A stretch of 64,000 nucleotides of DNA from Octopus bimaculoides. Taxonomy: Eukaryota. The notes beneath the pieces are model-generated. The model saw only the letters and a program-made list of their open reading frames with translations, made no database searches and was not told the DNA's origin. The DNA lies in assembly GCF_001194135.2 (NCBI RefSeq), contig NC_068983.1, forward strand, positions 16,215,200 through 16,279,199. The letters run 5' to 3'. Within the stretch, counting starts at the first letter, position 1, and every line of letters begins with the position of its first letter. Positions 53,966 to 64,000 of the stretch are shown here, piece after piece. Both the position numbers and the translations under genes were made by a program.

Positions 53966-54962
53966 TATGAGGAATTACTGGAAGTAATGCAAATACGAGC
54001 ATAATTTTTTTTTATATACATTAACTGATATAAGTTGTTCAAATTGCAAACAGAGTAACTCCACTATGTTAACACGTCTTCCTATTCTTCATTGCAGGCA
54101 AATGATGGGTTCCAAGTAGAAATAATATACCATTAGTGAGTTCTTTATGAAGGAGGAGGGTATAGGCGGTTCAACATCCACAGAAAGCTACAGATTGTTT
54201 ATAGAGAAAACACCACTGATAAAAGAATGTGCACAGGTGGATGAAGTTTAAAAAAGGGGAAACCAGCACTGAAGACAAACCATCCAGTAGGAGATCATGA
54301 ATTGCAACCACTGACACAAATCACCAGCAAGTGAATGAATTGACTCACATGGACAGACAAGTTACAATGTGAAGCTTGCAGCACAACTGGACTGTGATCA
54401 CAATGCAGTACAGAGGATGGTGGAAGACTTTGGAAAGTGGGTGCAAAGAGGGTACCATGGCGGGTGACACTCAATTTGAAGGAGAAAAAACGTGGAAGTC
54501 TGTTCTTATCTGCTGGAAGTGTTTGAAGCCAATGAAGCCCCACTCCTTTTTTTTTTCTTTTTTTCAATTCTGGTCACAGACTGAAACATGGGTGTATCTT
54601 TCTAATCAGGAAACAAAGGCTCATTCCTGAGGAACCACCAAAGCCAAATAAGTTCCAGAGCCAGTGATTGGTACAGAAAATCACGGTGACTGTTGTTTGA
54701 GGTGACAAAAGCATCATTCTCTTTGATTTTCTGGAACATGGTTGTACCATGAACAGTTAATGATACGCTGAGACACTCAAAAGGTTAGAGAAGCCATTAA
54801 GAGGAAGAGACTGAACAAGAATCCGAAAGCAGTTCACATTCCCTGTGACACTGTACAACGACACAGACCTTTAAAAACAAATCTCTCAACAATTTGAACA
54901 ACCTATGTCAGTTAATAAAAAGTTATGACCATTTTTTCATTAATCTCAGTTTAACCTTCATA
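53966..54962 (+). mobile_element. mariner-type transposase relic
   Basis: Frameshifted fragments recall mariner motifs: IHRKLQIVYRE, FKKGETSTEDKP, a WVP-like region, ETWVYL..ETK, IILFDFLEHG and EAIKRKR. Boundaries are approximate. Confidence 0.7.
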
Positions 54963-55469
54963 TCACACTATGTATATGAATGTTGAGGACTCACCTGTCA
55001 TAAATATCAGATGAGAGTTCCACAACTTGCTCAGATGATTTGTTTATAGTGATCAAATGTTTCTAATCTACATTAGCTCACTCTATTTCCATAAAATCGA
55101 CATTGCCTGTACAGGCGCACAGTGTGCCACACCACGCATCAGTTGTCGAAGTGACCACAGAGCAATGTGAAATGAAGTGTTTTGCTCAAGGATATGATGC
55201 ACTGTCCAACTCAGGAATTGAAACCACGATCTCATGACTAAGTGCAACACCCTAATCACTAGGCCACATGCCCTTACTCATGCATATGTGCATGTATGCA
55301 CACCCACACGCACATATATACACACTCACTGTCATGCATGTATGTACATGCATTCTTTTATTGTCTTGCCAGCACAATCTTGTGGGAAGGCATTGCAATG
55401 CAATGACTATCTTAATGCTGTATATGTTAAGATTTAAGGATTCAGTTACAACTATTTCCCTTCTAAGTT

Positions 55470-55502
<33 letters not shown>

Positions 55503-56001
55503 GCATCCATTATGTTTATTCACGGGTAATGCAAATTTCTAAGTTCAGAAGTGATGATGGTAGTGACAGGGGTTGCATTATATTTGATATGGCATTGTTT
55601 TCAAGTAAACACAGTTCTTTTAAACCATGGACTTCAAACACTTTCACATACAGTATATTTATATTACCATTTCATGTCAGTGCAGTCAACTTTCCTACAC
55701 ACATCATAGAATGGGGGAACATACATAGTCATTTGATGTACTAGAAATAACAGACAAATATCTCTCAAATCACTCTACAATCCCAGAAAAAATTTTTAAA
55801 AAATTTAGAGGAACATGTTGAGTTATGTAATGTGATAAACTGGTAGAAAAGACAGGATGGCTATGACTGGAAGGAGTTTGACTGAAGGTCTGTTCAACTA
55901 AGAATGACCTGGGGTCCAAACAACGAAAATAAAAGCAATCAATCAAGCCAATGGGAGAGCTCTTTTTCTGATCATCTGACATACTAAAAATATTTATTTA
56001 T

Positions 56002-56049
<48 letters not shown>

Positions 56050-56104
56050 GCTCAAATCTGACCCTGCTATCTTAAAAAAAAAAGGATACATTACACAATA
56101 TCCT

Positions 56105-56445
56105 CCAGTCAGGCGGTACTGGCAACAGCCATGCTCAAAATGGTGTATTTTATGTGCCACCCGCACAAGAGCCAGTTGCCAGTGCAGGTGGTACATAAAA
56201 TACACCACTTTGAGCGTGGCCGTTGCCAGTACCACCTGACTGGCCTTCGTGCCGGTGGCACATAAAAACACCCACTACACTCTTGGAGTGGTTGGCGTTA
56301 GGAAGGGCATCCAGCTGTAGAAACTCTGCCAAATCAGATTGGAGCCTGGTGTAGCCATCCGGTTTCACCAGTCCTCAGTCAAATTGTCCAACCCATGCTA
56401 GCATGTAAAGCGGACGTTAAACGATGATGATGATGATGATGATAT
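56105..56445 (+). mobile_element. Family 1 retroposon with an inverted 5' segment
   Basis: 56105-56161 is the reverse complement of 56187-56243 (52/57), followed by the family 1 body and (GAT)n tail. Confidence 0.85.
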
Positions 56446-57726
56446 ACCATATATATGCAAAAAGATGGTCACAGCTGGAATACCTTTTATCATTTGTGTT
56501 CCTACTGAAGTCTAACATGGGACAAAAGAACAACAACCAATGTCATTAATGCCTAGTTACTTTCTGTCTAATTGTAAAGTTCCATGTAAAATTCTACAGC
56601 AGTTTCAATGGATCATAAACTAATTTACTCAAACTATAACAATTATTCTCATTAGCCTCCCTAATCAGCCATCAACATACATCCTTTATATATGTGAGTG
56701 TTTCATGTCCAGTTTTCTATGCTTGCAACAGTTGGATGGAGTTTACTGAAGAAGTTTTTTTTATGGCAGGATACCCTTCCTGTCACCAACTTGTTTCCAA
56801 GCAAGGTAATATTGCTCTATGTCCAGACATACTTTCGCAGAAAATTGGGTATGAATCTCATTCACACCAAATACACAGATTCACATACAACTCTCACGTG
56901 ATGGGCTTCTTTCACTTTCTGAGTACCAAATCCACTCCCAAGGTTTTAGTCAACCTGGGACTCTTGCAGAAGGCACTTGCCTAAGGTACCATGCAGTGAA
57001 ACTGAACCCAAAACCATGTGGCTGGGAAACAAACTGCAAAGCTCCAGTCAAATTGGACTTTACAATAAATGTAACTTTACATTCAGCATTGAATCACCTA
57101 ATCAGTTAAATATTCCAGTGCTATTATTAAACTATCTTTAAATTAATCTCAGCGCATATACACTCATGTAAAATACACACACGTACATGCAAAAGCACAT
57201 GAAAAAGAATGAGTGGGACCCGTTATTGGCAAGAAATATAACAGTTCCTGGAAATTTTTCTACCCCCACAGCATTCTAACCACACCCATTATGCTATCAT
57301 TAGCTGTTTCCAGGTCTAATTATATCACATACATAGCAACATTTATCTAATATTTCAAGCAAGTTCTCCATTGCAGTTCATGATTTTTCAGTTTACTTTG
57401 CAGTGTTAGCTACATAAATGTATCCAGTTAACTTCTCAGTCTGCTGAAAAATCCCCATTCTTACTGAATCCTTTTCTACTTAATTTAATGCAAACTGCAC
57501 AAACACATTTTTTCTCGTTAACAACTCCATTTGGATATTGATTTTGTTCATGCCCTTTTCCTAAATGTATCAGCAATGTAAAGGAAAACAGTTACAAATA
57601 AGATTTAAATGATGTTTAGATGTCAAGTGTTGTGAAGAAGGAGAGAGAAAGAGAAGAGGGAAAAAGAGGAAGTGAGGGAAAGAGCAAGAGAGGAAGGGAG
57701 AGAAAAGATTAAAGAACTGAACACAC

Positions 57727-58392
57727 CTCACACTGAAATGGCTTTTCTCCAGAATGAACCATCAAATGTCTTTTCAAGTCACTAGGTTTGGGAAACACCT
57801 TGCCACATTGGCGACATGAGCGTCGGGACAGTATTGATTTACGGCGCCCTGGCCCTCTCGGTCTTCCACGTGTGGCATGTTCCGTTGGTAAGGATGTTTT
57901 CCACATCACAGAGTTCATATTACTCTCTGTATTTGCATCATTACCATCTTCTTTTACTGGACATGAATAATTGATAATTGCCTGTGACACATGGGGGGGT
58001 CTACCCCGAGGTCGTGTACCTAGAGCTGACCGCCGGTTTGCAAGTCTTGATTTGGTATGTTTACTTGATACTCCGGCAGAAGCAGCACTGGCTTCTGCAT
58101 CGGGGACGGCAGATAAATAAGCATTGTTAGATTTTTTCCTTAACGTCAAGCGGCTTGTCTTTGAACTGGAACCTTGTTTACAAGACTTCAATAGACTTGA
58201 TGTTAACGAACTCGACTTGTTTTCCAGCTGGTTGTCCAGACCAGTTTTAGCTCGAAGCCGTCGCGTTTTCCACTCTTTAACAAACCCCGAAGACTTTTTG
58301 GCACCAGGATTAAAACCTTCGGAAACGCTGTGATGTTTGATGTATTGGTGATATTGTAAGCTGCGTTTGGCCTTGAAAGATTTCTTACATAC
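57727..58392 (-). CDS. ZF gene exon B (666 nt): end of finger 2, two AT-hook motifs, finger 3, start of finger 4
   Basis: Acceptor tttgcttttgcag|GTATGT, donor GAG|gtgtgt, phase 0-0. Reads VCKKSFKAKRSLQYHQYIKH...RPRGRPP...RGRPRG...CRQCGKVFPKPSDLKRHLMVHSGEKPFQCE. Confidence 0.92.
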
Positions 58393-60893
58393 CTGCAAAA
58401 GCAAATTTCACATCGACATTAGACCATTTTTCTTATTCTTTCAGATAAACTGAAGCATATCAACTAAAATTACCAATTAGTATCAAAACATTCAAATTTA
58501 AAACTCTTGCTACTACTTTATAAACATTATGGAATGCTAGTTTTAATATTTCCATATTTCTTCACTGGATATAACTATCTAATTTCTTACAGGGGAAAAA
58601 AAAAAAAAAAGAAACACTATACACAGCATGTCTTCTCTGTAGGCAATGAAATGAGCCTCTCACATACGAAGGGTCTCTATGGTAATTATAAAAAATAGTT
58701 ATAAATTAAGGTATATTTTGCTATTCCTTTGCTTCCTACTTTTAAATATGCTTTTCCAAGTAAAAATTTTTTAAATGTGTATTCAGGAGGCTAGCAGCTT
58801 TTGGAAGAGTTATTGCACCAGAATATTATCTAGCTGAAGGTTCTAATGGTTTGCTGTTATCAGATTGTTAGCTTCACTATATGAAATTTGGAACAGTGAA
58901 TTAGAAAACTGTAACTCTGTTACATTCATGGATTCAATTCATCACTGTGCAGGTTAAACACAGAAGTTGAGATTAACAGTCTTCTAAACACTTATTATTC
59001 AATGAATGTCTCTCAGAAACACAAACTCATTAATTATAACACTCCATATTTAGCTTGGTAGTCAGGTCGACAATATGCTCTGATAGAGAAACGTTCCTGA
59101 TATTATAACATATCTTTCCAATGGTTAATCTTTGATAATAATAATCATATATAAAAAACAAAAACAAAAAAAAAAAACACACCTATTACTTTTATTGTTG
59201 TCTGCAACACATTTACATAAATGCTTTTCATAAAATTGTAATCCTAATCAGATGTAAATAACTATTTGCATTTCATTATTGGCCACAAAAAATGAAAAAA
59301 AGAACAACAAAAAATGACCATGTCACTTGTATAAATGAATTACAGAGATGAAAGACAAAGTGTTAATACTGGTAGGATATGTACTTAGAACAATGAAGTA
59401 TCAAAGCTTACCTGATATTAAATAAACTACTAGAGAAGCTCCATGAATGTCTGTCATTACACTTTAAATATGCACTTGTTTCATAGCTTTTTGTTTTGTT
59501 TTGAGGGAAAATGCTTGATATAAAGACAGTAGTTGTCCAAACATCCTTATAATCACCCTTTGTACTAACTTTAATATGGTTAGTACTAATTAGTAAGATT
59601 ATAAACTGAATAACTGAATAGCAACGATAAATTCATTTGATCAATTACATTGAGGGATCCTCTTCTTTGCATCACTGTTGTCACAAGCAAGTGACTTTTA
59701 TTGGGAAGAGCAAAGAAAATGAAAACTCGTTACCAGTTTATGCCTTGGAAAGGTTGCTAAAAAAAACATATCACTTAACACTCCAGATACACCCAGGCCA
59801 GTTCATCAGCCCAAGTGATACAAGCCAATAGGATTTTGAGGTCAATCCATTGGTCTGATGGAACAAATGTTGTGAATGGTTGGTTTTGAAATGTAATAGT
59901 TAATCAGAGATCGTCTTTCAGTAGATGTATCTCAATAGAAAAGAGAATTTTGGTCTTTTTGGCTACACAGACCAAGACACAGTGTCCCAAATGGGTTAAA
60001 TTACAGACACACAAGCAATTTTCTGGAATCCTTAGTTCCAGACCTATGCCAGGTGTCAAATTAACTATTTTGTTAGATTAGAAGATGTTTCAAAATAGTA
60101 ATTCTGAATAAATTCCTAGAAGGCTGCTACCACATCATTTATAACTTTTTCACTACTTAAGCTCTGTGACATGCCTTTGTTTACTCACTGGAAGCATGTT
60201 ACAAAGTCGGAAACATTCTTCCAACCCTTCAGCTATAATAATATGAAGTATTTAAGACAAGATCTAATGCTATGCGCTAACCTCTTAACCATTGGGTCCC
60301 ACTGGGCCTTGTCTTGAAACATTACTGTGAAAGATTTATATTTTCCTCTTCCATGCGGGAACAATGTATTCTCCACAGTAAACCTAAGTTATCTATTAAC
60401 CTGCACTTGAGAGAGAGTTCCTAGGGGATTAGCACGTGGTGCTTGGTTTAGTTTTAAATATTTGTCTTTACAGTTAGGTGAGAGGAAGAGTGTTTCTGCC
60501 TTTATGATATGTTACTAATAAACAAATGTGTATCATGAAGGCTTGGTAGTAAAAATATTATAATGACTGCAGGAAATTTAAGTATCCTCATGTAATTACG
60601 ATTAGATTAAAAGGGATGCTGGACATTCAGTAGCTAGAAAATCAGCTGATACCTTAATTTTCCTGACTTCACTGATAAAGAGTTAATAGAAATGGTATCC
60701 AACTACAAACAAAAATATTGATACAAAAATATGCAAATGTTTGAATTTACAACAAAAGTTCAGCCATAATAACAATGGAAATTCCAGCAACAAAAGGAAT
60801 CTGTATTGAAGGTTGGTAATAATAGAGTGGTGTATGTAAGTAAAATAGAAATAATCTAAAATATTTGGGAATGATTACTGAAGAGGAACTTGC

Positions 60894-61122
60894 TTAATAC
60901 TTTAGCATTTAAACTGGCTATATGCTGCCCAAATATTCTTCCTATTTTATATTCAAACTGGCCATATCCAGCCTCTCACACCTACCCAACATTTGTCATT
61001 CTAAACATAAACAGTCATATCATTGAAATCTGAAAGCTACAAGATAATACATGAGTAACTCAAAATAATGTGAATACATAAACATTACATTTGACAGAAT
61101 AATCCGAATGCTAAAGGATTAA
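60894..61122 (+). mobile_element. piggyBac-type MITE family A copy (degenerate)
   Basis: ttaatactttagcattt ... gaatgctaaaggattaa plus internal similarity. Confidence 0.75.
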
Positions 61123-61813
61123 TGACAACTAAAACCAACCCCAGTTTACTTGAAGGATTAAATTTGAGAAGATTAAAGGGGCAAAAATTTATCAAGTAAA
61201 AAATTTTGTTGGAAACAAGCACTTTGACAAATATGAAATGGAAAAAAAATTTTAAAACTCCATGTCGATAGGATCTGAATACAGGACAGTCTTTGACTGG
61301 ACAAGAGATGACTTGAATAGTTAATTGATTCTCTGTACTAGTATAATGTCTACAGCAACTTGGTGAGGTTAGTGTTTAGCTTGAACTTGCACATAGATGA
61401 ATGCTTGTGAGAGAAACAATAACAAGGCGTGAGTTTTACAGGGTTAAAGTTCTGAGTAATAAGTATTTAGTGAGAGTTTGTAGGGTGTAATGACATAGAG
61501 ACGACTAATAGAGCAAAGGATAGTCAGGTACTTTGGATGGAAATGACATACAGCTTATTTGTTCAGAAGAACAGAGGTTACTGTAATAGAACAGGACAAA
61601 AGATGAAACAGTATGTCTGTAGGTTAGTGGCTGGAAAATGGTGAGAAAATCTTTGCCAATTAGGAGGATACCTTTCGAGATTTAGTCAATGATGATGATG
61701 ATAGTGGTGGTGGTGATGGTGGTGATGGCAGTGGTGTGGTAGTAATAGCAGTAGTAGGAGATGTGGAATGTTGTACAACATAATCTCAGTAAAAAATTTT
61801 TAAAGCCAGATGA

Positions 61814-62140
61814 AGGCGTAGTCAAGTGATAAGAAGTTTGCTTTCTAACTACATGGTTCTGAGTTCAGTCTTACTGCATGGCACTTAGGCAAGAGTCTTC
61901 TGCTATAGCCCCTGGCCAGCCAAAACCTGTCTGTGTGTGTATATCCACCACCACCACCATCATTTGACAACTGGTGTCGGTTTGTTTACACCCCACAAAG
62001 CTTAAAGATTTGGCAAAAAGAGACTGATAGAATAAGTACCAGGCTTTAAAATAGATACTGGTGTCAATTTGTTTCATTAAACCCATTAAGACAGTGCCCC
62101 AGTATGGCCATTATCTAACAACTGAAACAAGTTAGAAAAG
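61814..62140 (+). mobile_element. CORE-like tRNA SINE copy
   Basis: Collinear with 26554-26962. Confidence 0.75.
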
Positions 62141-62412
62141 ATAAATCACTCCAAAAAGATAGATGAAGAAATGAAATAGTTCAACAAAACTTAGAATCTA
62201 ACAATCTATAAACCAATCTTAAACTTTACATGAAAAGTGAAAGGAGCTCAAATCAAATTAAAGAACAGCATGTAGTACAGCAATGAAGCTGTGAAATATC
62301 AGGACTAATAACATTTCTAATAAAATCTCATGAATATTAATAACCATTCTATTTTTTTAAGAAATTTAATGCTTCCTCATTGTAAATAGAGTTCAAAGAA
62401 AAGATAACTCAC

Positions 62413-62918
62413 CTCACAAGCAAATGGCTTTTCTCCCGTGTGCTTGCGGACATGACGTGTTAAATCTGCTGGACTCTTCTTCACAATGCCACAGTATGGA
62501 CAAGTGCGGTCCTGTGAAGACAGGCCGAAGCTTACATCCACCCCTAAGGACGATTCTGTTGATTTCTGGGCATTTAAGCGACAATTTCGTAAACTTCGTC
62601 GCAGTTGTCGTGCACCGCTTTCGGTACTTTTCGGATCACATGAAAGCAGTTTCGATTCTTGTTCACTAGTTTTCTTATCATATTTATCACGATTTTTCAC
62701 ATTCTTATCACAGTTTTTAGCAACAGTCTTGACAGCTTCATCAACTAGAGAGGAACCTTCTACTATTGTATCACTATCACTGGTGTCTGCTTTTCTGAGG
62801 GAATCATCCTCATCGTCAGTAGCAGTTGGCTCTTCAACTCTCTCATTCTGGGTGGAGTTGTCTTTAGACTTACGGCTGGTAGACTCTAAAGAACTTTGTT
62901 CTAGTGAAACACCTTCAT
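62413..62918 (-). CDS. ZF gene exon A (506 nt): acidic/Ser-rich spacer, finger 1 (CPYC-x12-HVRKH) and first half of finger 2
   Basis: Acceptor ttctctctgttttcag|ATGAAG (phase 1), donor GAG|gtgagt (phase 0). Reads DEGVSLEQ...CPYCGIVKKSPADLTRHVRKHTGEKPFACE; lies in ORF 62377..62991. Confidence 0.9.
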
Positions 62919-63004
62919 CTGAAAACAGAGAGAATAAAAAGATGCTCAGAAATATAAAAAATATACTGGAACACTTTATAAATGACAACAATACTACTAC
63001 TACT

Positions 63005-63014
63005 GATGATGATA

Positions 63015-63067
<53 letters not shown>

Positions 63068-63068
63068 A
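63005..63068. repeat. (GAT)n microsatellite
   Basis: Near-perfect run about 90 nt upstream (in transcript orientation) of the exon A acceptor. Confidence 0.95.
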
Positions 63069-63072
63069 ATAA

Positions 63073-63288
63073 TTCTTTCTATTATAGGCACAAGGCCTGG
63101 ATTTTTGTGGGGAGGAGGACAATTGATCACATCGACCCCAGTACTTGACTGGTACTTAATTTATTGGCCTTGAAAGGATGAAAGGCAAAGTCGACCTTGG
63201 TGGAATTTGAACTTAGAATGTTGTGACAGATGAAATACCACTAAGCATTTCACCCGGCATGCTAACAATTCTGCTAGCTTACCGCCTT
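63073..63288 (-). mobile_element. Meta-like SINE copy (further partials follow to ~63600)
   Basis: Collinear with 21179-21391; adjacent partial copies at about 63320-63470 and 63490-63600. Confidence 0.75.
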
Positions 63289-64000
63289 AATGATAATATT
63301 AATAATGACAAAGATAAAAGTTCCTGATTTAGACACAAGGCCAACAATTTTGAGGAGAGCGGGTTAGTCAATATCATTGACTCCAGTACTTGACTAGTAC
63401 TCTATTTTATCAACCCCAATAAGATGAAAGCAAAGTTGATCTTGGCGAGATCAAAACTAAGAACAAATAAAGCATTTGATGATGATAATAAATGGTTTCA
63501 AATTTCAGCCCAAGGTTAGCAAGTTTGTGGGGAGGGGTGTGAGTAAATGGCATCAACCCCAGTGCTCAACTGCTATTTATTTTATTGACCCTGAAAGGTT
63601 GGATGGCTTGAAAAGAGCTGGCAAGGCCAGAGTCTGCACCAGGTTCTATAGTCTGTTTTGGCTTAGTTTCTACAGCTGGATGCCCTTCCTAACACCAACC
63701 ACTTCACAGAGTGTACTGAGTAGTTTTTACATGGCATCATCACCAATGCTTTTTACATAGCACCAGCACCAATGCTTTTTACATGGCACCTTGGATACCA
63801 ATTCTTTGAGGTGGATGAGTCTTCTTGAGTACAGCAATGCACCACAATCCTGTCTTTTATCATTTCCTTTGCAAGGCGCAATATTTTTGAAATGACAAAG
63901 GACTGAGAAAAAATACTGGGGAACTCTTGAAATACATTCCATGTCTCAGGAGACCCCTAGATAAAAATTAATATGTACCTTCATTAATCTTTCATAAAGT

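Larger units (their letters stand above)
26024..62918 (-). other. Multi-exon C2H2 zinc-finger/AT-hook transcription factor gene (5'-partial; 6 coding exons in window, ~1400 aa, 12 fingers)
   Basis: All five junctions splice in frame with GT-AG sites (phases 0,0,2,1,1). Two of the joins rebuild fingers split across introns (FACE|VCKKSF, FQCE|VCNKAF). The first visible exon starts at a phase-1 acceptor, so the start codon is outside the window. Confidence 0.9.

Noticed and set aside
33618-56368. Paralogous small proteins MKPD..QSDLAEFLQLDALPN (ORFs 33618, 49059, 56150)
   Set aside because: They are antisense translations of family 1 SINE copies. The ORFs at 48635-49192 are likewise read through the VNTR.
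59700-61720. Possible LINE relics in the exon A-B intron
   Set aside because: Too decayed to assign by eye; needs a repeat-library search.
26024-62918. Calling the gene Schnurri/HIVEP, ZNF236 or ZFP64, or a member of the tandem cephalopod C2H2 clusters
   Set aside because: There are only partial motif resemblances from memory, and the finger sequences and layout do not match any one family. No tandem paralog is present in the window.
62486-63148. 220-aa plus-strand ORF
   Set aside because: It is antisense to exon A, extended by a (GAT)n repeat and a SINE, and has no domain.

Overview
AT-rich, microsatellite- and SINE-dense animal genomic DNA with four assembly gaps. The repeat landscape looks like an octopus or other coleoid cephalopod (inference). 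The main feature is one large minus-strand, multi-exon C2H2 zinc-finger transcription-factor gene. Six coding exons can be joined with canonical GT-AG sites and consistent phases: 62918-62413, 58392-57727, 53181-50594, 45937-45789, 29581-29498 and 26232-26024. They encode about 1400 C-terminal residues with 12 fingers (four dispersed pairs plus a terminal cluster of four), two AT-hook motifs and a polyproline tract. The 5' end lies beyond 64000, and the last two exons are absent from the ORF track. The two N-terminal finger pairs are interrupted by introns at the same codon and phase, so the 666-nt exon between them is a potential swap cassette. The introns and the downstream 26 kb hold several tRNA-derived SINE families, TTAA (piggyBac-type) and hAT MITEs, Tc1 and mariner relics, an RTE-type LINE relic, a minisatellite and many microsatellites. 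One SINE copy carries an amplified ~62-bp VNTR and another carries a 57-bp inverted head that would fold into a hairpin. No RNA genes or CRISPR arrays are supported.
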